A stretch of 64,000 nucleotides of DNA from the human T2T-CHM13v2.0 reference genome, Homo sapiens. Both the position numbers and the translations under genes were made by a program. Location: NCBI RefSeq assembly GCF_009914755.1, contig NC_060938.1; one strand, written 5' to 3'. Below, piece by piece: positions 28,130-46,869 of the stretch. Within the stretch, counting starts at the first letter, position 1, and each line of letters begins with the position of its first letter. A model generated the notes under the pieces. It ran no database searches. It was not told the origin of the DNA and saw only the letters and a program-made list of their open reading frames with translations.

Positions 28130-28302
28130 TTTTTAAATTTTATTTATTTATTTGAGACAGAGTCTCTCTCTGTTGCCCAGGTTGGAGTTCAGTGGCGTGA
28201 TCTTGGCTCACTGTAACCTTTGCCTCCCAGGTTCAAGAAATTCTTGTGCCTCAGCCTCCTGAGTAGCTGGGATTACAGGCATATGCCACCACACCCGGCT
28301 AA
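28130..28302 (-). mobile_element. 5'-truncated Alu (right arm only)
   Basis: Right monomer flanked by tcatactttta repeats. Confidence 0.85.
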
Positions 28303-30907
28303 TAACTCATACTTTTAAAATATAGCTGTAAGATGAATTTATTAGTTTGTTGGGGCTGCCATAACAAAGTATCACAGACTATGTGAACCAAAATCTAACT
28401 GTGCCTCTCCCATCTTCTAAGAATATCACACTGGTACCTGAGAGAGGAGAGCACACAAAGCCAGGAGCACCTACTGAACCAGTAACAGCAAGTAGTTACT
28501 AAGCCAGAGAAGTACACCACGAGGGAAGGAGAGAGAACTTCAGAACTTGGGGAAGGCCAGATGGGCCTCAGGATCCTGATACATGGGGTGTGAGTGGGAG
28601 AGGGAAGAAAAGATGGCCCTAGAGATAATTCCTATTTCCCCAACTTTGCTCTCCTTTCCCCTCGTTTTCCCTTGACCTCCCCCAATCAGGCCACATGGCC
28701 CTCTCTGAGTCGCATATGCCACCCCCAATCATCCCAGCAATGGATCCTTGTCAACTTTGGCGCTTTAATGTCGGGGCTTACGTCCCTTCCTTCATTCAAC
28801 AGTGAAAACCTGAGGACATTAGGGTGAGCCATTTTCTCTTTCACCTCTGTGTCCAAATTTAGCTACATCTCCTTCCATTCTCCCTTCCCTCCCCACCTTC
28901 ACTTCCCTCCCTCTTCCTTTAGTCTTGCTGAAGAGGTGACTCTTTTTTTCAGGAATCAATCTGCCTGTGGTCAGCACGGTGCCTGGCCCATTCCTTCCCT
29001 CTAGGCTCTTCCACCCTTCGCTCCATCAATTATCCACCCGCTAGTCACCTCCGTTTATCTTCAACCACAACCTCCCTCCCCATGCACTTCTACAATCCTC
29101 TCAACCCAGTCTCTCTCCTGTTTCCTACCAAACTTTATGAAATAAGCTACTACTCTGACTTTCTCCACTCTTTTGCCCTGCTCTCCATTCATGTCTACTC
29201 ATTTTTGTATTCCCTGTAGAACCTAGAACTCATATTGTAGGTGCTCAAGGAAAGACAGATTAATTATGGAACTGGATAATCAACTATTCCTGAGCAATAA
29301 GTGCAAGGATGGGGCAAGATGCAAAGAAGATGCTGTTCTTGTCTTCAAGGAGGAGGCCGTGGAATTTGTGAGTTAAAATAGACACACAAAAAAGTCGGTA
29401 GATCTACACTGTGAACAAACAGAACAAAGTCTTTAAATGGAGGCATCGGGAGAGAGGCCCCCGGGACTGCAGTAACAGCTTCCTGTCCCCCTAGTGCTTA
29501 TGTGAGTGCAGATAAAGTCATAGGTAAATCCTAATAAGGTGCAAGGACCGACCCCTGAGCCACAGTTGGGACTTTTATAAAATGAATGCCCATGGTGAGT
29601 ATCTGGGATCCTCCCTTGTTGAAGATGGACAGTGTCCCTGGAGGGAGGAAGCATCAGTGGACAAATGGTTCTGTGCCATGGACAGCTCAGCGCAGTGTGA
29701 ATCAGTGTGGGGTACCCAGGGATTCCTGAGTATCTGAGTGATGGAAGCCGGAACCTGTTCCTGGCTTTCCTTGGCTGTGCACCCCATCTCTCCAGCTATA
29801 AAATGAGGGGTGATGCTCTGAAGACATGAAGTGTGAGCAGCAACCTCTGGGTGATTTTCCACATTCTCTGCCCACTGTCTTCCGTAATCTTCAGGGCTGT
29901 GCCCCTCCCGGCAGCAGCAGCACTTCCCTCTCTGAGCAGCGTTGGCAGCTGAGAGGACACTGGTGGGCTGTGACTGCTGAGCCTTCCCCTGAGGTTCGGG
30001 CTTGGAGGGAGCCCTGTCCCAGGGGCCAGGCTTGGTGAGAACTTGGCACCCTGGAAGCCCAAAGTCCCAGTGCTGCCTGATCCTCCACAGCAGAGCTTCT
30101 CACAGGCTAGGCTGCTTTCAATCAGGTCTTGGAGCTCCCACAGACCAAAATAGTATTTACAGCCTGCCTGGGAAGGTCTACAACCCTAAATTCTTCTAGG
30201 AATAATGAAATCAGAGTATTGAGCTGAGGAGTTGTTTCATTTGATAGGTTGAAGGAATTAAAGGAAACACATTTGCAAAACCAGGTCACTCCACTATGCT
30301 CCAGTAAGAAGAGTAATAATAATTGGTATCAAATATTGGCCTGTCCCAGGTTCTGTCCTGTAGTAGCCACTCCCTTCAGGAACTTGCTCCTCTACATAAC
30401 AATGGGCAGCTGGTACCCAGAGCACCTGCCGCATGGCCTGGCCTGCCAGATGCAGATAAGGAGAGATGATGACTCCTTGTCTTGAGTCACCTTCTGTGAA
30501 GAGAAAGCATGAGAGGAAAAGATTGATAAGATCTCATCCAGGATCAGCTAGGGTCCGAAAGGAAGCCAGCCTGGGAGACCGAGGGGAGCGGATCCATAGT
30601 CCATCTCCACCCACTGCCATGCAGCAGGGGCTGAGGACCCTGCTCATGCAGAGATGCAGTAGATCTGCAGACAGCTGCTGTGAGCAAAGGTAGCTGGAAG
30701 TCCAGGTGCCCCATTTGTTCTTTTCAAATGTGGTACGCAGCTGAGAAGGGGAAAGAAGGAATAATCAAGCCATTTGTAAACCGTGAGAAATACCCACAGG
30801 AACTCACATTTCCATCCAGATTTCAAGTTGACGTTTGGCTCTGACATCCATCTTACTATTCGAGAACCCTAAGACCTCCATGGCTGAACATAACAAATGT
30901 CACCACC

Positions 30908-31208
<301 letters not shown>

Positions 31209-31931
31209 TCACCACCACTATCATCATCCCTGTCTCACAGGTGAAAAAACAAACTCAGACTGAGGGACCTGCCTCAGAACTCACAGCCAGTCAGCAGCAG
31301 AGGCAGGAGTGCAGCCTTCTCCCTCTGGCTTCTGTTAGTCCAGAAAATCCCCACCAAGTGATGCTGAGATAAATCTTCAACCAGGAGAGGGACAGGGTGA
31401 CCTGAGGGGGTCTGCATGGCCACGCTCCTAATCATAATCAATGATTGGCATGGATTGTTTGGAAAGATGGTAGCAAAATACTCTGGGGACTCATGGATGA
31501 ATCAGAGTCAAGGGAAATGTCCTATGGTTGGGAAGTGTTTCTGGGGAGATTCACACACAAGCTCCTGACCAGGGGCAGCTGAACAGGCAAAACCCTGGGC
31601 TCTCTCTTTATAGAATCTCACGCTTCTTGCCAGGAACCTCAGGGGAGTATGAAAAATGATGGCTTTTGTTTTTGTTTTTGTTTTTTGTTGCAGAATAACA
31701 GTCACATTTTTCAAGGCTATCTGGAAAGTTACATCTGTCCTCTGGAGACACTAGTAAAAAAATAAAGTAATAGATTCCCCTCCAGCCTTTTACCAAGAAT
31801 TACAAACCTACTAACAGCTTTCACCCTTTCTGTCTCTCTTTCCCTCTCTCTCTCTCTCTGTCTCACACACACACACCTACCTCTGCTCCTCTGCTCATAT
31901 TTCACAGGGCTGGACAGAGATCTTCATCTAA

Positions 31932-32474
<543 letters not shown>

Positions 32475-32710
32475 TAGGACTCTACCGTGGGAACAGTAGA
32501 TGTGGGGCAGGTATGTGTCCTATACTGGCCTCTGTCTTCACTTTCTGCCACCACACATAGGCAGTACCCAAGTGTCAGATTTTCCTGAAGGCTGGGTAAC
32601 TGAAGGGAAATACAACAGAAAAGGAAAAAAATTGAAACTCCACTCTGAAAGTGACTTTCCCCATAATCCAAGAGAAAAGCAACAAGAAAACACCTTCAGT
32701 TTTAAAACTA

Positions 32711-32993
32711 TTTTTTTTAAGCTAAGTTCGTGCTCTGTCGCCCAGGTTGGAGCACAGTGGCACGATCATAGCTGACTGCTGGCTCATCTCCTGGGCTCAA
32801 GCACTGCCCCCACCTCAGCCTGTCCAGTAGCTGGAACTTCAGGTATGTGCCACCACGCCAGGTTAATTTTTTGAAATTTATTTTTAGTAAAGACAAGGTC
32901 CCACTACATTATCCAGGCTGGTCTCAAATGATCCTCCTGCCTCGGCCTCCCAAAGTACTGGGATTACAACAAGCGTGAGTTACAACACCTGGT
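32711..32993 (-). mobile_element. AluJ
   Basis: Diverged reverse dimer. Confidence 0.8.
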
Positions 32994-32997
32994 CAGA

Positions 32998-33504
32998 TTT
33001 TTTTTTTTTTTTAAAGAAAGGCAAAATTTATTATTAGACTCAAAATATTCACAACCATTTTCTTTTTTTTTTATACTTTAAGTTCTAGGGTACATGTGCA
33101 CAACGTGCAGGTTTGTTACATAAGTATACATGTGCCATGTTGGTGTGCTGCACCCATTAACTCATCGTTTAACATTAGGTATATCTCCTAATGCTATCCC
33201 TCCTCCCTCCCCCGACCCCACAACAGGACCCTGTGTGTTGTGTTCCCCTTCCTGTGTCCAAGTGTTATCATTGTTCAATTCCCACCTATGAGTGAGAACA
33301 TGCGGTGTTTGGTTTTCTGCCCTTGCGATAGTTTGCTGAGAATGATGGTTTCCAGCTTCATCCATGTCCCTACAAAGGACATGAACTCATCCTTTTTTAT
33401 GGCTGCATAGTATTCTATAGTGTATATGTGCCACATTTTCTTAATCTAGTCTATCATTGATGGACATTTGGGTTGGTTCCAAGTCTTTGCTATTGTGAAT
33501 AGTG
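32998..33504 (-). mobile_element. 5'-truncated L1PA 3' end with short 3' transduction
   Basis: L1PA 3'UTR 33073-33504, first T-tract 33058-33072, ~45 bp unique with AATAAA, second T-tract 32998-33012. TSD-like acctgg(t/c)cag at 32987 and 33505. Confidence 0.8.
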
Positions 33505-33533
33505 ACCTGGCCAGTTTTAAAACTTGCTCTCCT

Positions 33534-34045
33534 GGCCAGGTGCAGTGGCTCATGCCTGTAATCTCAGCACTTTGGGAGGCTGAGGTAGGAGAATCGCTTG
33601 AGCCCAGGAGTTCAAGACTAGCCTAGGCAAAGTAGCAAGACCTCATTTTTTTGTTGTTGTTGTTGATTTGTTTGTTTTAATAAGTTTTAAAAAAGAAAAA
33701 AGGCCAGGCACAGTGGCTTACACCTGTAATCCCAGCACTTTAGGAGTCCGAGGCAGGTGGATAGGCCAAGGCAGGCAGATCACCTGAGGTCGGGAGTTCC
33801 AGACCAGCCTGATCAACATGCAGAAACTCTGTCTCTTCTAAAAATACAAAATTAGCTGGGCATGGTGGCACATGCCTGTGATCCCAGCTACTCAGAAGGC
33901 TGAGGTAGGAGAATCATTTGAACCCAGGAGGCGGAGGTTGCGGCAGTGAGCCGAGATTGCGCCATTGCACTCCAGCCTGGGCGACAAGACCGAAACTCTG
34001 TCTCAGAAAAAACGAAAAGAAAAAACAAAACAAACAAACAAAAAA
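33534..34045 (+). mobile_element. FLAM/Alu monomer followed by AluS
   Basis: Monomer 33534-33645 and dimer 33702-34045. acttgctctcc is repeated on both sides. Confidence 0.85.
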
Positions 34046-36160
34046 ACACTTGCTCTCCAGATGGCAAACCTCACTGCCCAAGTACCTCTCCTAATACATG
34101 TTGCAATTCTCCCTCCACTTCTCAGGAACCCCCATAATCATGGGGGTTAGAACCAAGCCCCAGAATCTACCTCCTTATGTAAGCTACTCATTTTCTCATC
34201 TCTTGAGTTATTCTCACTAAATAATGATCCCTTGATTGGGGGATGGAGAGGTGCAGGCTTGAACACTTTCTGGGTGCAAAGAAGTACATTTCCTCTTTTG
34301 TTACATTTAAATCAAACCACTCCCACAGCAGGTTTTTGTTTCCTCCCTTTTACTTTCTGATGAGTTTCATAACGCTTACTTTTGTAGTTTGATAAGATCT
34401 CCACAGTATGATCAGCAACCAACACTATTCTAGAAAGCTTCTAAATCAACTGTTAAGATGATCTGGTGGGTATTATGGACAAAATGCAAACTTAAAAAGC
34501 AGATTACTTTCTGGGAAGGTAATGATTGAGAAGGATCTTAAGAGTAGGGTTTAATGGGCTGAAAGGTTTGAATGCTCTACCAGTTAGGATCTGATCCACT
34601 GCAAGGGAGAGAAACCCAGCCCCAAACCAGCAGAACAGAGTTAACTAGGTGAGGTAACTGGGAAGTCCAGGAGCTGCGGTGGCTTTAGACATAGCTGGCT
34701 TCAGAGACTCAAACAGAATCATCGGAAAAACGTTCTAATTTCTCTGTTTGCTTCTAGACTCTGCTTTCCTCTATCTTGACTTCTACTCTTGAGCAGCTCA
34801 AAACTTACTTTATCCTTGGCACTAGCTACCCCAGAAAAGAAGGGCCTCTTATGCAGGGGGAATCCTGTGGGTTAGCCTCGGTCAGGAAACCCAAGTCTCT
34901 CCTGAACTTGGTGGGCTATTGGGAGTAGCATGATGAAAAGTCTGGAACCCCAGGTTAGGAGTACGCTCTGCCACCACCGCCTGCACAGATAAGTGTAGAG
35001 AGATATTGAAGGTGGGGAGACTATTAGAGGAGTGAGGCCCAACCTGAGGTGATGATGGCCGTGAAGATGGAAAGTGGGGGAAGACTGTGAGAACCCATCA
35101 CAGATCAGTGTATGACACGCTGAGTTCATGTGAGGCAGAAGAAATTAGAAATGCTAAAAGAATGGTGATGCCATTAGTAAAACAAGAATATGAGGCAGAA
35201 GAGTCTATTTTTGCAGAAATTTTGCTAAGACATACTCTTGGTTGGGCAAGCAAAGGAAGACATCAGGCAGGCAGCTGAAGGGGAGAGGTCAGACTTAAGA
35301 GAGGGATCGGAGCTAGAGGTCTAGAGAGGGGGCCTCTACAATAAGCTTGTAGTTGGAATCATGAAAATTGCAAGATCTATGTGTGCAGAGGTGAGTGGTC
35401 AAAAGACAGAGCCCCAGGGAATTGTGAGTTAAGCAACAGAGAAGGAAAAGGAACGAAGGATGGTGACGGAGGAGCAACCAGACGCTGGGCGGAGAAAGTC
35501 AGACCTACTTAAGTCAAATAGGAGAAAAGTTCCAGTATCAAAAAGAAAAAGAAATAGATCCACATGTTCAACAATATTTCCAATATTGGTTCTATACTCA
35601 TATTTTCCTCATTCCTTTTCATAAGTGAACTCACAATCAAACTAAGTCCAACGAGCAGCTATTGAGGCTACAAGATTTACTGCTTTCTGAATACCAGTGG
35701 CTTCCATCCTAAGTTGTATTCATCTGAGACCTGAGTTGCTTATCATTAGTAACAACATATTCATTTTGGGGTCTTCTCTCATTTTTTTTAGAACAAGGAC
35801 CAGGTATTAAAACAGCTGCCCAAGTACCAAGGTGCAAAGATGGCACTGCTGCAGATAGCTAAGCTGCTAAGCAGGCAGCATCATTATGTTGACTTGGGGG
35901 CAGATGTATAAAATCTAATCCTGGCAGATGAAAGTCAGGTTGGAAGTCTCAGTGTATGAAATACAAAAATGGGAGCTATATGACCATCAACCTGTTTGAG
36001 AACTGACTGTCCCTGGAGTCAAGGCAGAAGATATTTCAGTATTTCACCTTTAAGTGTTCTGTTTTTTTCCAATAATTCCTTGAATTTTGGTACTTCCCAG
36101 GGCCTTAACCTGGGCTTTCCCCCAATCTATACATTTGGGGTGATCTATAAGACCTCAACT

Positions 36161-36472
36161 TGGCTGGGCACGGTGGCTCACGTCTGTAATCCCAGCACTT
36201 TGAGAGGCTGAGGCAGGTGGATGGCCTGAGGTCAGGAGTTCGAGACCAGCCCGGACAACATGGCGAAACCCCGTCTCTACTAAAAATACAAAAATTAGCC
36301 GGGTGTGGTGGCACGCGCCTGTAATCCCAGCTACTCAGGAGGGTGAGGCAGGAGAATCGCTTGAATCTGGGAGACAGAGGTTGCAGTAAGCCAAGATAGC
36401 ACCACTGCACTCCAGCCTGGGCTACAGAATGAGACTCTGTCTTGCCAAAAAAAAAAAAAAAAAAAAAAGAAA
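36161..36472 (+). mobile_element. AluSx-like
   Basis: Full dimer with polyA. Confidence 0.9.
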
Positions 36473-36520
36473 AGACATCATCTTTCTCAGTCCACCCTCT
36501 CTTCTGCCCCCAAACCTATA

Positions 36521-37072
36521 TACGGTCATCCCTCAGTATCCATGGGGAATTGATTCCAGGACCACCCACAGATATCAAAATCCACAGATGTTCAAGTCCT
36601 TTGTAAAAAATAGTGTAGTATTTGCATATAACCTATACACATCCTCCCATATAGCTTATTACTTTTTTATTGGACTGAATTTATTTTTTTATCTTCAGCT
36701 TTTAAATTCAGGGGTACATGTGCAGGATGTGCAGGTTTGTTGCATAGGTAAACGTGTGCCATGGTGGTTTGCTGCACAGATCATCCCATCACCTAGGTAT
36801 TAAGCCCAGCATCCATTTGCTATGTGTTTGCCCTCCACACCCACCCCCTACCCCCATATAGTTTAAATCATCTCTAGACTACTTATAATACCTAATACAA
36901 TGTAAATGTTATGTAAATAGTTGTTATACTGTCTTGTATAGGGAATAATGACAAGAAAAACTCCGTCTGTACATGTTCAGTACAGACACAACCATCTATT
37001 TTTTTTCCCGAATATTTTCAACCTGTGTTTGGTTGAAACCCATGGAACTCACATATACAGAGGACCGCTTGT
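36521..37072 (+). mobile_element. MER2 (Tigger) split by an L1PA 3' fragment (36665-36850, minus)
   Basis: cggtcatccctcagtatccatgggga..tagtatttgcatataaccta / tttaaatcatctctaga..tacagaggaccg. cccatatag is repeated around the L1 piece. Confidence 0.8.
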
Positions 37073-37429
37073 GTTTAGCTGCCTATTACATACATGTAAC
37101 CAGGGTCACAGTGTGTGGCCACTCAGGCTGGGTACAGCAAAGAGCAACATTGGAAGGGGACACCATTCACACTGTAGACATCATTATTGTTTTGAAGTTA
37201 AAACCAAAAATTAAAACAGTTGATTCCAAACTTACATGATTTATATACAGGACAATTTTCTGGCAAAGGACAGTAAAGTCTCTAGTTCTAATAAAATTAA
37301 TGTTATTACAATTCTTTTCAAAATAAAAGTGTTTTAAAGAAAAGGGACTCTGACCTGCAGAAGGGCAGCATGAGGACCGTGGAGGCCTTGACCCCATCAG
37401 GATGCACCGCGGGCCCCTACACAACTTAC

Positions 37430-38165
37430 TGTATCTGCCTTAGTCTAGCTCCACAGCAGTTCTCAGATCCCGTCCTCTTCATTCCTACTGCTACTACCAG
37501 AGTTCAGACCCCACTCCTCAACATCTCTTACCTGTTCATTCTTCCTTCCTGATCTCTTTGCCTCATGTCTTGCCCCTCTCCTGCCCACTCTCCAAATTTG
37601 CTGTCAGAATAATCTTTCTAAAATGATTTGGCCAAGTGGCTACCCTACTTAAAGTATTGAAATATCCTCTCATTGCCTCCAGAATCCATCTGCACTCCTG
37701 AATACGCCACATGGACTCTGCACGTCCTTGCCCTGCCCTCCTGCCTACCCATTAGTCATCTCCTACACATGCCCTATGCTCGAGCCACATCAAAACCACA
37801 TTTGATGCTGTTGCATGTGTTTGCCTAGAATACCTGACAAGCTGTCCAGTGGCTTTCCATTCATCCTTCAAAAATCAGCTTAATGGTCCCTTCATGAAAT
37901 CTTCCCTGACCAACTAAGGCAGAGGTGACCACACCCTCCTTTGCACTGCCGCTGTACCTAGCTTATGCCTTTATGATTGCATTTCTCTGAGTTGCAATTA
38001 TGTTTTGCATATGCCTCTCATTACAGATGTGAGAGCTGCTTACGGGTATGGAATGCATCTTATTATTTGTCCCTAATATTTAAAAGAGTACTGATGGGTA
38101 CCTCTGATACCTAGCACAGTGCCTGTCTGCTGAATTGAAGGAGTAAATAAATGTGTTGAATGTTG
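37430..38165 (+). mobile_element. L2 fragment
   Basis: CT-rich L2 3' region ending cctagcacagtgcctg..ttgaatg. Confidence 0.65.
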
Positions 38166-38227
38166 AGAAGAGTCATTGAGGGTAGATTTGAAAATGAGAG
38201 AAGGGAAGAGAAGTAAAATGTCTTGAG

Positions 38228-38380
38228 GATTTTAAGTTCCGGGATACATGTACGGGATGTGCAGGTTTGTTACATAGGTAAACATGTGTCATGGTGGTTT
38301 GCTGCACCCATCAACCCATCACCTAGGTATTAAGTCCAGCATGCATTAAGCTATTTATCCTGATGCTCTCCCTCCCCACT
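38228..38380 (-). mobile_element. L1PA 3' fragment
   Basis: gtgcaggtttgttacataggtaaac..acctaggtattaag, flanked by ttgaggat repeats. Confidence 0.8.
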
Positions 38381-39394
38381 GTTGAGGATCTTTTATGTCA
38401 GGCGTTGTTCCAGACTCTTTACACATAGGTCCTCAGTTTTGGGTTAACTGTGGAGAAACTCTAACAGCAACAAGCCATATTTCATTTGCTGTCCACTTTA
38501 CAGTATTTTGCAGAGTCTCAGTGAACTTCTTTGCTAAGTTCTGTTCCTGCCCTCTGTGGCCTGCACTAGTCTGCTGCTTTGGGACTTTCGTGTTTTTGAA
38601 AGGGGACTATTTCTTTGTTTTTGCTTTTGGTATTGCATTCTGCTGGGAAGTATCAAACCAGTGATGCCCCATGCCTCATTAAAGCCTTACGGGACTTTTT
38701 TTTTTTTTTTTTTTTTTGATAAGAGTAACCTCTCAATTATTTTCCCCTATGGCCTCTCTCTTCCTATGACAAAGGTAGGGTCTAAAAGACATGGTGAAGA
38801 TGTCTGGTTGGAACATAACGGTAAACAACAGGCACACTGCTAAACTTGGAATCCTTCCTAACAACCGAGGATTGTTTTTCCTGGACCACTTATGTGTCAT
38901 TTACTTGGGATGGTTTCTTGTACACCTCTCTAGTTTGCAAGAGTTTACCAGTCTGGATTCTCAGAACAAACAGTTTTGGCTTAAGCTGAGGAGACTGCTT
39001 TCTTAAGTATGGTCTCCATACATTATCTAGTTTAACCATCACCACAATGTTAGCCAGTAGATATTCTCATTTTACAGAAAGGGAAAGTAACATGCAGAGT
39101 TTAACTTGCCCAAGGACATACAGGTAGATTAGGTGGTAATCAAGTGAGCTGTTTTCTCATAAAGCTTGGGAGCATAAAGGGAAGGCGACTGGATTTAGAA
39201 CTGAACTGGAACTGTCTTCCAGGGCTAACTGGGAATATTGTTCCTACCAGCCAAACTATGCCTCTCCTGTTCTTTGGACTCTCAGGTTAACAAGCAGACA
39301 TTTCACAGGGAACAAGAGTAACAGACTGACTGTGGGTGTCAGATACATGTTTGAGAGTGAAGAGTTTTGAACAACAGAATTTTTTAAAATATCC

Positions 39395-40825
<1,431 letters not shown>

Positions 40826-41182
40826 CAAAAGCATTTAACAGCACTGACCCATCAAAAAGCTGTCAGTGGTACCTCATTAGAACTAATAACCTGAAAGGAA
40901 TTTGTTAACTACTCAAACGTTTAAGCCTATAAAAACTGCATCTAGGCCAGATCTTTTACAAACATTTTAATTTTGCTTTGCAAGGAAGAAATATCCTTGT
41001 TTTCAACCTGTGAAAATTAAAAAATGTGAATTAATTCAACAAAATAAGTTACTGTATTATAGGTAATGTATAAAGGTTTCTAAAAATGAAGACCACCTAT
41101 TGAGTATTCATGACAATATTTTCCATTAATTGCAAACAGAAAGGCCTTGCAAGTTTAATATAACGCAGAAGCAGAAAGCAAG

Positions 41183-41390
41183 TTTGTCCAGCCCACTGCT
41201 CATGGGCCGCATATGGCCCAGGACATCTTTGAACGTGGACTAACACAAATTCGTAAACCCTCTTAAAACATTATAAGATTTTTTTGCAATTTTTTAAAAA
41301 CTCATCAGCTATCACTAGTGTATTTTACGCATGGCCCAAAGGCAATTCTTCTCCTTCCAGTGTGGCCCAGGGAAGATTGCACACCCCTTC
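41183..41390 (+). mobile_element. MER30 DNA transposon
   Basis: gggccgcatatggcccaggac..cacaaattcgtaaac..ctcatcagctatc..gtgtggcccagggaag. Confidence 0.8.
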
Positions 41391-42149
41391 TGAAGTAAAG
41401 CCTATGTGCCACTTTACACTGGCTGATGGAGAAACAGACACAATCCAAGGTTTTGTCATTCTTGTCTGTTAGTAAAAGACATGGTCAGTTAGCCTGAGGA
41501 ATTAGTTAAGTCCTGCATCCCACACACGCACTCATTACACAGTGAAAGATTATTTAGGCAAGAAACAACTGCTACAAACATATTTTAAAGTCACATTGCT
41601 CTTTTAGAGTTAATAAATATAAACTCTGAAAATATTGTTATGCAGATAGATCAAGTCTCAGACTTCAGAAAAATGACTTTCTGCTGTACTTTAATGGCCT
41701 GCTACCCATCTGGTCTCAGGTTTAGCAAAGAACCGTGGAAGGAGGAATTGAGTAAGGGTCCAGGGCGGTGGAATGTTAATCCTGGAGCTCCAGCCAGCAA
41801 ACCCAGGCTCCCATATTTAGAAACGAGGATTTGCTCTGTCCCTATTGGCCTTCGAATGCTCGTGGCAGTTGCTTTCAAACTGTAAAAATGAACAGTGAAC
41901 AAAAATTTTCTTCCCCGTATCTTCTTTATTTTTCTAAGATTGTTATTTGTTTAAATAACAGTACATGTTGTGTAACAATGTTCTCAACTTCCTCCCATCC
42001 CAGCTGCCATTCCCACCGTGACTGGGCAGCAATGTTTACATGCATCCTATACTCTCAAAAAGGTGCCCAGATTTCACACTGCAACAGATAAAACTGACTT
42101 GCATTATGCATATTTTCCAAGTGCCCACCTGTAATTCCACCCCAACTAC

Positions 42150-42380
42150 GGTCACATTTATTGAACACTTACTATGTGCCTAGTACCTAAGTACATTACA
42201 TGTATTTGACTAATTTAATCTCCACAGCAACCTATAAGATATTATGATCTTTACCTTACATATGAGGAAACTGAGGCACACAGAGTTTAAGTAACTTCAA
42301 GGTCACACAGCTAGTAAGTGGCAGCACTGGGATTCAAACCCAGATAATCTGGTCTCAGAGCCTCTGTGCTGACACTGTTT
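42150..42380 (-). mobile_element. MIR
   Basis: atttattgaacacttactatgtgcc..gaggaaactgaggcac..ggattcaaacccag. Confidence 0.85.
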
Positions 42381-43574
42381 TCAGAATGCACGTGAGCAAA
42401 ATATTATCATGGAGATAATCTGCTGTACCATATTTTAGGTTTATCATTTGCAAATGATAGCATCTTGTCATTAATAATCAATGACTTAGAATGTATCTCA
42501 CAGTTGATAGGGACTCACTAGATATTCACAGAACTTCACCAACACATAAGAACTTCAATGTCTTGAACAACCCCAAATATCTAATGGTTTAAACTTTAAC
42601 TGGTGAAAATGCCTTGAGAATTTATTGCTTTCCTACCCAATATTATGGAAAGTAAAAACTTAGCTTTTCCATTAATTTTCAGTAAGATATCGTTGCAACA
42701 GTTTTCTTTTTCTGTATTTCTATTAGAGTGAAGGTCTTTATGGTATGAAAACTGAATATTCTCCTCTAACAATGTTTGTTATCAATGAATCAAAACTCTT
42801 TCAAATCCTGATGTTTCCTAAGAAAAAAGAAAACCCAGAAGTCAAATACCTGGCCTGTGCCTACAGGACTGTGGGAACCAAAGACACAGCTTCAGCCTTC
42901 AGAAGTAAGAACTACCACTTACTCTATTGGAAAAAAAAAAAAAAACTGCTTTGAAAAACTAATTAAAATGAGAAGTTTTAAGTGTCTCAGATGTAAAATC
43001 ATGATTATGTGAAAGGTACTTTCAAGGTGAATTTTAATTTTCAGAACGTCACTTGAATTAATTTAGCCTCTTAAATATCTGTCTTCTTTTCACAGAAGAT
43101 ATCAATAGCAGAGAAAACATTTTATGAATTGTAGTAACGTAGCTTTTTGAATGATATTCAAAAGGCATATCAGAAAGAAACAGAAAGATAAACCAAATAC
43201 AATTTTACAAGAAAAAAACTTGTTTTACTTACCCTGTGTTATCTTCTGAAAGTAACTCAAAAGGTAGGCTTTTTTTTTTAATCTAATTTCGTTCACCTTT
43301 AAAATGTGATTGCATTTCAAAGTAGATTCTATTTTAACAACTTCCTTTCTAGAAAACATTTAAAGACAAAGTCAAGCAATGCCATCTACAGGTGGCCTTT
43401 AGAACAACAGATGTTTCTATAACCCATACTCTTCTTTAAAATACCTATAATCTGTCATATCATATTTTGCATCATTTAACAAGGAAATTTTCAAGAAAGG
43501 TAAGAAAAAATTAAAAGATATGCTGTGTATAAAAAAATTCCCACTAACATTCTGGATTAATAGTTCTTACTTTA

Positions 43575-46549
<2,975 letters not shown>

Positions 46550-46869
46550 TTATAAAACAAGCTAAAAAGTGGTCATTTGTCCTAAGACATCATTAATAAC
46601 AGCTAGCACTATCTGTACCTCACAAAGCACCACAGATTTAGGTTACACTGCCTTGCAAACTGCTTAATGAAATGCTAAGGACAGTATGAACAAAGTATCT
46701 TGGCGGGGGGGAAACCAGCAAAGGAAACTTTTAAGACTGAAATAAACCTGAAAGGAATGAACTGATTTCTTGACTTGTATCCTTAATGTCTCTAAATAGG
46801 GCTGCTTTTGCTCCTGTTAACTGTTTAGATGTTCACTTTCTTCAAAGGTATTTCTGAAATTCACAGTCA

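Larger units (their letters stand above)
21896..30881 (-). ncRNA. LINC01599: Probable LINC01599 (former C14orf183) locus; dubious multi-exon ORF
   Basis: Strong-Kozak gccATGG at 30881 opens MEVLGFSNSKMDVRAKRQLEIWME with a GTGAGT donor at 30807. GC-rich terminal ORF 21896-22342 ends ...NVCTSYSEYV, with ATTAAA at 21932-21927. Identity rests on recall of gene order; internal exons not resolved. Confidence 0.5.
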
